Of a DNA stretch of 46,888 bases, positions 1 to 6,654 are shown piece after piece. Position 1 is the first letter of the stretch. Every line of letters starts with the position of its first letter. This stretch comes from Candidatus Woesearchaeota archaeon (GTDB lineage: Archaea > Nanobdellota > Nanobdellia > Woesearchaeales > JAHJEM01), in NCBI GenBank assembly GCA_016929855.1, contig JAFGHY010000092.1:1-46888 (forward strand). Reading direction: 5' to 3'. The notes beneath the pieces are model-generated. The model saw only the letters and a list, made by a program, of their open reading frames with translations. It did not search any database and was not told where the DNA came from. Both the position numbers and the translations under genes were made by a program.

Positions 1-86
1 AATAATACCTATAATAATAAGATACCATAAAGAAAGCAAAAACAACCATTCCTTATATATCTATAACAAATGGTTAAAGGCTATTA

Positions 87-824
87 TTAATCGTTATCCA
101 CGCGCGGAGCAAGAATGAAAGCCAGGAACATCACATTCAACACCTTATACTCTAGCTTAATCGGATAATCCTTACTGAACTGGACTTGCACGTTGTCCGC
201 AAGCTTGCTACCAGCAACCATCTTCTTCAAGTATTCTATGCTGTACTTTGCCTTCTGCTTCTCATCAGCCACAATCTTGGTGTTCGAATCAGGAGTCATC
301 GTCACTTGAGCTTTAGTAAGCTCAGAAGCGCTGCTAACCTCAAAAGTCTTGCCATCAGCTTCAAAGACAACACTCTCCCCAACAATATCCATATCCTCAA
401 TAGCATCAGCCAACTGGCCCGCAGGGCATACTATAGTGGCCGAAAAAGTCAACTCAGGAATCTTCTGCTCCCTTGCCTCAACATCAATCATAGGCAAGTG
501 AAAAGTCCTCTTTTGAGCTCCCTTAAGAGTGAGTTTGAGCTTACCGTCAGCATCTTCAAGAGTCAGGGTGTCTGAAGGTTTGATTCGCCTGAAAACCTGC
601 TTCAAATCGTTCAGATTTATGGCAATGTCAACCTCTTCCTTGACCTCAAACTCCACAAAACTGCTGCTGAAAAGCTTGAAAATCACCATAGCCACGTTGG
701 CAGGATCCATAGCCACAAGCTCAAAAGCCTCCTTCGTGACCTTAAAACGAGCCTCAGTAACCAGCTCAGAGATTATTGAAGTGCTGTCTTTGATGTATTT
801 GGTATCTGAAAGTGTCAGTTTCAT
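87..824 (-). CDS. pcn: DNA polymerase sliding clamp (PCNA)
   Basis: 245-aa ORF with the length and overall sequence of archaeal PCNA (MKLTLSDTKYIKDSTSIISELVTEARFKVTKEAFELVAMDPANVAMV...). The ATG at 824 lies about 26 nt downstream of a TATA-like box. Confidence 0.88.
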   Translation of the reverse strand: MKLTLSDTKYIKDSTSIISELVTEARFKVTKEAFELVAMDPANVAMVIFKLFSSSFVEFEVKEEVDIAINLNDLKQVFRRIKPSDTLTLEDADGKLKLTLKGAQKRTFHLPMIDVEAREQKIPELTFSATIVCPAGQLADAIEDMDIVGESVVFEADGKTFEVSSASELTKAQVTMTPDSNTKIVADEKQKAKYSIEYLKKMVAGSKLADNVQVQFSKDYPIKLEYKVLNVMFLAFILAPRVDND

Positions 825-844
825 GAACTTCAGAGAAAATCCTG

Positions 845-855
845 TAATTTAAAAG
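845..855 (-). promoter_or_regulatory. TATA-like box for pcn (leaderless spacing)
   Basis: The plus strand reads taatttaaaag, i.e. CTTTTAAATTA on the minus strand. Its centre is about 26 nt upstream of the pcn ATG. Confidence 0.4.
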
Positions 856-934
856 CTTTTGGGGTATAAGAAAGGCATTAGCCTCTCCATACTGCTTATT
901 TTTTGAATTCTTGACAGCTTTGAATGCATGACTG

Positions 935-1032
935 GTATTGCCACTTAGCGAACCTTATTATGTACTCAAAGGCAACAAATAGCATAGTCGGTCAACTCAT
1001 GTCAATAATAAGTGATGTGAGCGTGGCAATAC
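935..1032. repeat. 10-bp perfect inverted repeat enclosing 78 nt
   Basis: gtattgccac (935-944) and gtggcaatac (1023-1032) lie in the 278-bp spacer between pcn and the RNase J-like gene. Confidence 0.6.
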
Positions 1033-1102
1033 TATAAAATGAAAATCAACAATGGATTAAACAGCAATGCAAGACAGAACAAATGCAACAGGATGCATTG
1101 AA

Positions 1103-2422
1103 CTACAGTATCAAAGTCTGCCCATTCTTCAACAAGTGAACATGATTCTTCTTCCAACCCATGTCAACTGCCAAATTCCTCAAAGCACGGCGCATCTTCT
1201 TGTTACCGTGCGTGGGAATTATGTGCTCGGGCCTAACAAGCTCCAAAAGGTCATGATGATCCTCCTTAGAAGCATGGCCTGAGACGTGCACGTCCTTGAA
1301 CATCCTCACTTTCCTGGACTTGAGCTTCTTCTCCAGGACCTTCCTGTTCTTCTTGCAAATCTTCACAGGGATTGTGATGCATGAGAAGACAACAATATCA
1401 TTCTCCTTCCACTTGAACAACCCCTCAGCCATTCTGGCCAGCACAGCCTTAGGCTCACCCTGATGACCTGTGACGACAAGCACATACTTCTCTGGATCCT
1501 TCAGCTTCTCAAGGAAATTATTTATCTTGCGCTTGTACTTGATAATTTTGACACCATTGAAATCATACACGCCCGCAAGCTTGGCAGCGTTCATGTACTT
1601 TGCGAGACTCCTTCCTAGAAAAACAGGCTCGCGCCTGAGCTGTTTCGAGATATCTGCTATCGCCTTGAGCCTGGCAATGTGGCTGGAGAAAGTTGTGACT
1701 ACAATCGCCTTATTCTTGGAATCAACACCCTTTAGAGTATCTTCAAGCATCTGCCTGGCAACTCGCTCGCTGGGAGTCTTCTGGACCTTGCCAGCATAAA
1801 GGCTGTCTACAATCAAGCATTTAATCTTAATCTGCCTGAGGCGTTCAAGGTTCTGCTTCTGCCCAAGAATCTTTGCCTTGTCAAACTTGAAGTCATTACA
1901 GTAAAGGACACTGCCTTCAGGAGTGTGGACTGCAACGGCAACACTCTGCGGGACACTGTGAGCTATACTTATGAACTCGACATCAATGCTGTCACTTACA
2001 GGGAAAGTGCTGTTCACATTATGCCTTATAAGCTTGTTTGAGAAAGATATCTGCTCGTCTTTGACAATCGACTTGATGACCTCGACTGAAAAGTCCGTGC
2101 CATGGACAGGACAGTTGAAAAAACCTGCGAGATGCGGGATGCTGCCCAAGTGGTCAAGATGAGCATGAGTGATGCAGATAGCCTTCACTTTCTTCTTAAG
2201 ATTGCCGAGAATGCTGATGTCAGGCGCCGCCTTAATGTCAATCAAAGTCTGAGGGTCAACGTGAATGATGTCTTCATCTTCGGTGAACTTGACATAATTT
2301 TCTACCTCCAATCCCATGTCACAGATGACAAGTTCATCAATATTTTTATTATGGTAGCGGACTGCAACGCAGTTCCTGCCAACCTCACCAAAACCTCCAA
2401 TAGGAATAACCTCTAAAGACAT
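1103..2422 (-). CDS. rnj: beta-CASP metallo-beta-lactamase ribonuclease, RNase J-like (aRNase J)
   Basis: RNase J-type N-terminus (LEVIPIGGFGEVGRNCVAVRY) and an HxHxDH motif (ITHAHLDHLG). About 440 aa with no KH domains. The ORF opens at a GTG at 2431; the first ATG is at 2422. Confidence 0.8.
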   Translation of the reverse strand: MSLEVIPIGGFGEVGRNCVAVRYHNKNIDELVICDMGLEVENYVKFTEDEDIIHVDPQTLIDIKAAPDISILGNLKKKVKAICITHAHLDHLGSIPHLAGFFNCPVHGTDFSVEVIKSIVKDEQISFSNKLIRHNVNSTFPVSDSIDVEFISIAHSVPQSVAVAVHTPEGSVLYCNDFKFDKAKILGQKQNLERLRQIKIKCLIVDSLYAGKVQKTPSERVARQMLEDTLKGVDSKNKAIVVTTFSSHIARLKAIADISKQLRREPVFLGRSLAKYMNAAKLAGVYDFNGVKIIKYKRKINNFLEKLKDPEKYVLVVTGHQGEPKAVLARMAEGLFKWKENDIVVFSCITIPVKICKKNRKVLEKKLKSRKVRMFKDVHVSGHASKEDHHDLLELVRPEHIIPTHGNKKMRRALRNLAVDMGWKKNHVHLLKNGQTLIL

Positions 2423-2487
2423 GAAAATCACTGATTAAAATCTGATTATATAAATTTAATTGAAACGGCAAAAAACAAAGTGAAACT

Positions 2488-2952
2488 CTAGCTATCCCAG
2501 ACACAACCACTGCAGAACATTCCTCTGCTCGTGCCTGAACACCTGGCCCAACCATAACCTGAAGTTACATCACAGTAACCAGAACACCCGCTCGGATAAC
2601 CGCACTCTAATCTTGCATTGCTGAAGACAAGCTCGTTACCATTAGCTGATGCGCTGACACCTTCCTCAAAATAAACGACATTGCTGTCTGAAAAAGGCTT
2701 GAGGATTCCCTGGCTAATCAGTTGGACCACACCATCACTAGCTGAGGTGCCTGAACCTGAAACTTGCTGATTTTGCAATAAGCTTGAATAAGCACTGCCT
2801 ACAACAGCCTGATTGTCTGCTAGAGATACTGTGTGCTTGAAACCTCCGGTAAAGACAAAAGCCAGCACCACCAGAGCAATGATACCCACAATGCCAATAA
2901 TAGCCATAATCTCCACTGTCTTATCCCATTGTGACATGCTGTTAGCAACCAT
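2488..2952 (-). CDS. small exported or anchored protein with a pilin-like N-terminal hydrophobic segment and a Cys-rich C-terminus
   Basis: The N-terminus (MSQWDKTVEIMAIIGIVGIIALVVLAFVF) resembles a type IV pilin or class III signal segment. The last 40 aa carry six Cys (ECGYPSGCSGYCDV...RCSGTSRGMFCSGCVWDS). A TATA box sits 27 nt upstream of the ATG. Confidence 0.5.
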   Translation of the reverse strand: MVANSMSQWDKTVEIMAIIGIVGIIALVVLAFVFTGGFKHTVSLADNQAVVGSAYSSLLQNQQVSGSGTSASDGVVQLISQGILKPFSDSNVVYFEEGVSASANGNELVFSNARLECGYPSGCSGYCDVTSGYGWARCSGTSRGMFCSGCVWDS

Positions 2953-2973
2953 ACATGAGTATTTTGAAATGGT

Positions 2974-2984
2974 GATATAAAAAC
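2974..2984 (-). promoter_or_regulatory. TATA-like box for the pilin-like gene
   Basis: The plus strand reads gatataaaaac, i.e. GTTTTTATATC on the minus strand. Its centre is about 27 nt upstream of the ATG at 2952. Confidence 0.4.
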
Positions 2985-3048
2985 TTTCCTAAATTAAAAA
3001 GCACAAAAAACAGAAAAATACATAAAACGGTGATTCAATAGCATTAAA

Positions 3049-3384
3049 ATGGGAAGCGAGCATGGTAAGTGCATAGGAGTCCAGAGCATGAACAAGAAGC
3101 TCGTGCTCAAAATAGTCCCTGACGGCAGATGGTTCACCAAGCTCAACAGCATATTCAACCTGCACAAAAGATTTGACCTTGAGTACAGCATAAAGCCAGA
3201 ACACTTCAAAGAATACACTTACTGGCTTGCCCTCGACAAGATAATCGACATTAAGGTAGGTAACTGCTGGTGCTACATATTCTTCGGGCATAAGACAATG
3301 CACATAATGATCACAAAATCAGGCGGATACGAACGCATTCTTGAAAAGGTCTGGAAGAAATTCCCGATGAAAGAACAGGTGTAG
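3049..3384 (+). CDS. hypothetical small basic protein (strand assignment uncertain)
   Basis: 111-aa ORF. A 104-aa ORF is open antisense to it (2989-3303). The plus frame is preferred because it covers the coding-looking 3304-3384 segment and leaves the A-rich 2989-3048 stretch as spacer. An alternative start is the ATG at 3088. Confidence 0.35.
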   Translation: MGSEHGKCIGVQSMNKKLVLKIVPDGRWFTKLNSIFNLHKRFDLEYSIKPEHFKEYTYWLALDKIIDIKVGNCWCYIFFGHKTMHIMITKSGGYERILEKVWKKFPMKEQV

Positions 3385-3406
3385 TCAAGCAATAAGACGG
3401 CAAAAC

Positions 3407-3420
3407 AAATATTTAAAAAC
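3407..3420 (+). promoter_or_regulatory. TATA-like box for the 517-aa membrane protein gene
   Basis: aaatatttaaaaac, centred about 27 nt upstream of the ATG at 3441. Confidence 0.4.
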
Positions 3421-3440
3421 TCAATTGTTAACATATTAAC

Positions 3441-4994
3441 ATGGATGAACTTGCACCAACAGAACCGACTATCCTATCATCTCAAGATACAATAACTCAA
3501 ACAATCTCTGAACATAAAGGACAAGTGAAAGAAAATATTGAATTCGCAATTTACACACTTATAGCCTTCTTGCTTATTGGCTTGATTGTATGTGCATATA
3601 CCTTAGTTAAGATACCCTCAACCGGCGGTACTTCCGCCAGTAGCTTAATTAAAGGAACAATCGTACTAGTGATATTATTGTTGCCCACTATAATTCTTAT
3701 GACAATAGCTGCTTTCTTCGGACATTCTGCCAGCATAAAGTACAACAAAACTTACTTCATCATACTAATACCATTTATATCTGCAGCGGTATCACTGACT
3801 GTAACAATAGCATTTTTTAGGAACTTAGATGGTCTTGCTGGTTTACTAGTGGGAACTATAGTTGCTGGCTTGACAACTTTATTCATATTGCCCACAATCT
3901 TCATTCCGCTAATAATTCATTTACTTTTAAAAAAATTTGGCATAAAGGCAGTGATTGCTAGTATTGCAGTTCTTACGCTGCTACTCTTAGTTGTTATTCT
4001 CACCGGAATTCATGGATTGAGATCTGAAACTGAATTAAACGACATGGACCTCAAAGCAGGTGAAATGATTTCAAATGCTGATAGTGAAAAACAAGAGTTA
4101 CTTGAACTCTGTGATGATTACGGCAACACTGTAGGGAAAGACCAATGCCTGCTTCAGGTCAAAGAAAAGTTCGGAGCTGAAGTCTCGTGTAACGAACTAC
4201 AATTTAATGATGCACAATCCAAAAGCACATGCATAATAATGGATGCAGAAATCAACTTAGATGAAGGATTATGTGACTCTTTGAAAGGAACCAATATAGC
4301 AATTTGCTATAGTCAGGTGGCTGTTGCAAAGCAATCCCTTGAACCATGCTCCAAATTGTCTGGAGCAGAATTTGAAATCTGCGCTCTACCTGCAATGAAT
4401 CAAATAACAACACCAGACAGCTGTCTGAAATATAAGGAACTTTTTTCAGAGGACGGATATTCAGTCTGTGTACGTAAAAATGCGGCATCAACCAACGACG
4501 CAGTAGCATGCACTACCCTTGAAGATTTGGAACAAGCTCTAGCATGCATAAGAAACGTTGCAGCACAAACTAATGATCCAAAAATTTGCGCTCAAATTCC
4601 AATCCTATTCGGTGAAGCATTAATGCAACGAGTGAATGAACGAACCCCCCCTGGAAGGTACGACTTTGAAATAAACGACCAGTATATAACCTGTTTACGG
4701 AGCGCAGGATTTAACATTGACTTCAACACACAACTTAGCTTCAGTCTTACTCCTTGTGTAAGGTTAGAAGGCAAGTCCTGCTCTGAGATTTGTGCAGAGA
4801 AAGGAAAATTATGCGGTAGAGGATGCCCTTATCAAGTTCTTGATATACCTGAACAAGATTACCAAGTCATAAGCTTCCATTCAGATGATTGCTCAGATGA
4901 ACCAGGATTCTCCGGATGTGACATTCAAAATAGCGAGTCAACCTCAGGAATTCGTGCTGCATTTTGCTGCTGTTCAGAACTTCCCACTAACTAG
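3441..4994 (+). CDS. multi-pass membrane protein with a large Cys-rich extracytoplasmic C-terminal domain
   Basis: About five hydrophobic helices fall in residues 35-190. They are followed by roughly 320 aa containing 24 Cys, 13 of them spaced 10-14 residues apart. I recognise no known family. Confidence 0.7.
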   Translation: MDELAPTEPTILSSQDTITQTISEHKGQVKENIEFAIYTLIAFLLIGLIVCAYTLVKIPSTGGTSASSLIKGTIVLVILLLPTIILMTIAAFFGHSASIKYNKTYFIILIPFISAAVSLTVTIAFFRNLDGLAGLLVGTIVAGLTTLFILPTIFIPLIIHLLLKKFGIKAVIASIAVLTLLLLVVILTGIHGLRSETELNDMDLKAGEMISNADSEKQELLELCDDYGNTVGKDQCLLQVKEKFGAEVSCNELQFNDAQSKSTCIIMDAEINLDEGLCDSLKGTNIAICYSQVAVAKQSLEPCSKLSGAEFEICALPAMNQITTPDSCLKYKELFSEDGYSVCVRKNAASTNDAVACTTLEDLEQALACIRNVAAQTNDPKICAQIPILFGEALMQRVNERTPPGRYDFEINDQYITCLRSAGFNIDFNTQLSFSLTPCVRLEGKSCSEICAEKGKLCGRGCPYQVLDIPEQDYQVISFHSDDCSDEPGFSGCDIQNSESTSGIRAAFCCCSELPTN

Positions 4995-5002
4995 GAAAAT
5001 AA

Positions 5003-5222
5003 TGCGGAGGACCGGATTTGAACCGGCGAACCCACTAAGGGAACAGATTCCTCAGGACCCAATTAAGGGCCTGCAAGGCATAACCCGCAGCTGCCTGTTG
5101 AAGCAACCACTCATAAGGCAAGCCTTGTTTAGAGGGAATGGCAAACAGCATCAAGTCATTGCCGAAGCTCATCACTCAAGGTCTCTTGAGTCTGTCGCGT
5201 TTGACCACTTCGCTACCTCCGC
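5003..5222 (-). tRNA. tRNA-Leu(CAA) with a 136-nt intron at position 37/38
   Basis: The reverse complement reads GCGGAGG-TA-GCGAAGTGGTCAAACGC-G-ACAGA-CTCAAG [136 nt] A-TCTGT-TCCCTTAGTGGGTTC-GCCGG-TTCAAAT-CCGGT-CCTCCGC-A. It has a 7-bp acceptor stem, a 5-bp anticodon stem, a 5-bp T stem with a TTCAAAT loop, and a long variable arm (type II). The anticodon CAA corresponds to ttg at 5186-5188. CCA is not encoded. Confidence 0.9.
5049..5184 (-). other. tRNA-Leu intron (136 nt) with bulge-helix-bulge junctions and C-box/D-box-like motifs
   Basis: Anticodon-loop nucleotides C32-A35 (CTCA) pair with TGAG at intron nt 131-134, flanked by two 3-nt bulges (AG|A and GA|A). GTGATGA occupies intron nt 10-16 (plus 5169-5175). 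CTGA occupies intron nt 130-133 (plus 5052-5055). Confidence 0.7.
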
Positions 5223-5250
5223 AAAGGATATTGTTTGGAATTGATATCAG

Positions 5251-5261
5251 GTTTATATTAG
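5251..5261 (-). promoter_or_regulatory. TATA-like box upstream of tRNA-Leu
   Basis: The plus strand reads gtttatattag, i.e. CTAATATAAAC on the minus strand. Its centre is about 34 nt upstream of tRNA position 1. Confidence 0.4.
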
Positions 5262-5346
5262 TTATTGTTGAACTAACCCCCTGAGTGCTTTTCTCCGGCT
5301 GAACTTTGCCCAGCACAAGCCATGACCGCCAGTCACTGGATAACCA

Positions 5347-5366
5347 CAGAATGTCTTGACATTCTG
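5347..5366. other. perfect 8-bp hairpin with a 4-nt loop in a GC-elevated spacer
   Basis: cagaatgt-cttg-acattctg. A second small hairpin, ccagt-c-actgg, lies at 5329-5339. Confidence 0.6.
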
Positions 5367-5444
5367 GCCTAAGTCAGTCTATGACCGACAAAAGAAATGA
5401 CAACAGGAAAAAGCACAAGTCCAAATTGAATCCCAAAACATATT

Positions 5445-5460
5445 CAAGAAAAAACCCCAA
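5445..5460 (-). terminator. T-run terminator after the coiled-coil operon
   Basis: On the minus strand the sequence is TGA-TTGGGGTTTTTTC, immediately after the stop codon at 5461-5463. Confidence 0.45.
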
Positions 5461-5814
5461 TCACAGCATACTGAGCTTCTTATCTATCTTCTTCAACTCC
5501 TCGGCAATATCCTTCACGTCTTCAGAAGTATTCTTGCTTGATATACTATCAGGAACATCCAGAGAATCAGGAAGCGATTTCTCAGACTCAGGAAGATTAG
5601 AGAAATGAGGCAAAGCCTCCTTCAGCTTGTTCACAAGAAACAACAATTCCTTCATGTCCGCACGCAAGCGCAACAGCTTCCTGCCCTTAAGTTCGCGAAG
5701 CTGCAGAATATAATTGTACTTTGCTAGCGAATGAAGAGTGCTCTTGCTGGCCAAAAGCAAATCCTTCCTGAACCCAGTAGGCTCGTCAAGCTGAACAAAA
5801 TACTCCTCTTTCAT
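5461..5814 (-). CDS. small predicted coiled-coil protein (third gene of a triplet)
   Basis: 117 aa from the ATG at 5814 (MKEEYFVQLDEPTGFRKDLL...). The ORF as tracked opens at a TTG at 5832. The ATG lies 1 nt after the upstream stop codon. The sequence has heptad-like K/E/L-rich segments. Confidence 0.6.
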   Translation of the reverse strand: MKEEYFVQLDEPTGFRKDLLLASKSTLHSLAKYNYILQLRELKGRKLLRLRADMKELLFLVNKLKEALPHFSNLPESEKSLPDSLDVPDSISSKNTSEDVKDIAEELKKIDKKLSML

Positions 5815-5815
5815 C

Positions 5816-6037
5816 TTACAAATCCTGGTCAAACAATGACCTGCTCATGCTCCCAACCTTGCTCTCCATATCCTCAACAGAACTGGCCCACTCTCTAATC
5901 TCTTCATCCTCTTTCTGCTTCAGCTCCTTAATCTCAGCCAAAGCAGCCTTTGCCTGGGCAATCCTGCCTTTTATGACATCAACAATGTCCAAGATCTCCT
6001 TGTAGTTCTCAACCTTAATGAATAATGGCTTTGTCAT
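5816..6037 (-). CDS. small predicted coiled-coil protein (second gene of a triplet)
   Basis: 73 aa from the ATG at 6037 (MTKPLFIKVENYKEILDIVDVIKGRIAQAKAALAEIKELKQKEDEE...). A GAGGG Shine-Dalgarno-like motif lies 6 nt upstream. The start is 1 nt after the upstream stop. Confidence 0.6.
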   Translation of the reverse strand: MTKPLFIKVENYKEILDIVDVIKGRIAQAKAALAEIKELKQKEDEEIREWASSVEDMESKVGSMSRSLFDQDL

Positions 6038-6038
6038 T

Positions 6039-6404
6039 TTATCCCTCATCACTGAACATTCTAGTATCAATAAGCATCAATCTCTCCTGGATGTCATCCA
6101 GGTGCTGCTTCCACTTGCCGTAAACATCAGCATGCGCATTATGCAGGCTTTCAATCTCATCCAAGTGCTTCTCGCAGGACTCGATATGCGCTTCAATCTC
6201 ATTTAGCTGATCTCTTGCCCTGGAATAAAGTGCTGCTTTGACAAAATGGTCCTTGACCCTGTAATCCTGCTTCAAGGCAGGAGGAACAAAACTGCCTGAC
6301 TGGCTGTCAGCAAGTTCAGCATGCTCCTCGCTATAAAAATGAGGAATACTATTGTCCTGACCTTCAGGCACCACTTTATTGAAATCAAACTTCCCAGAAT
6401 CCAT
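6039..6404 (-). CDS. small predicted coiled-coil protein (first gene of a triplet)
   Basis: 121 aa. The C-terminal half is helical and heptad-like (RARDQLNEIEAHIESCEKHLDEIESLHNAHADVYGKWKQHLDDIQERL). GAGGTGGAGG sits immediately upstream of the ATG. Confidence 0.6.
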   Translation of the reverse strand: MDSGKFDFNKVVPEGQDNSIPHFYSEEHAELADSQSGSFVPPALKQDYRVKDHFVKAALYSRARDQLNEIEAHIESCEKHLDEIESLHNAHADVYGKWKQHLDDIQERLMLIDTRMFSDEG

Positions 6405-6437
6405 CCTCCACCTCTTTTAAACAATAATAGCACCCCT

Positions 6438-6448
6438 CATTTAAATAA
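6438..6448 (-). promoter_or_regulatory. TATA-like box for the coiled-coil operon
   Basis: The plus strand reads catttaaataa, i.e. TTATTTAAATG on the minus strand. It is about 39 nt upstream of the ATG at 6404, which leaves a short leader carrying the Shine-Dalgarno motif. Confidence 0.35.
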
Positions 6449-6654
6449 CTTATGCTGATGAGCTTGCAATTAACTATACTCTTTTTAATAAAAATATGCA
6501 GAAATAGTACTTACAAAAAAGATTGATTCAACAATTATAGACAGAGAAAAAATTGCTTGCTGTTTTTGCTCTGCAGTGCGGATAATGGTATCCTCAGAAA
6601 GTATCAATTCCTATTAGAATTATAAAACAATGCATTACTGAACCGAAAATCTTC

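Noticed and set aside
186-852. Two plus-strand ORFs (186-575 and 529-852).
   Set aside because: They lie antisense within pcn. They have no start context, and their sequences are S/L-rich low complexity.
2989-3303. 104-aa minus-strand ORF antisense to the 3049-3384 plus-strand ORF.
   Set aside because: Both frames are open, and the strand-specific third-position bias makes both look native. I preferred the plus frame. The minus ORF needs the A-rich, promoter-like 2989-3048 stretch to encode a hydrophobic tail (FYVFFCFLCFLI). It would also leave the coding-looking 3304-3384 segment unexplained. This call is not secure.
4885-5244. 119-aa plus-strand ORF in the track.
   Set aside because: It lies antisense across the whole tRNA-Leu gene and its intron. 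The RNA gene explains the sequence, and the ORF overlaps the end of the 517-aa CDS.
4995-5460. tRNA-Leu as an integration site marking the 2488-8868 surface-protein block as a genomic island.
   Set aside because: I found no second copy of the tRNA 3' end (no direct-repeat att site). I also found no integrase or other mobility gene in the window, and codon bias matches the neighbouring genes.
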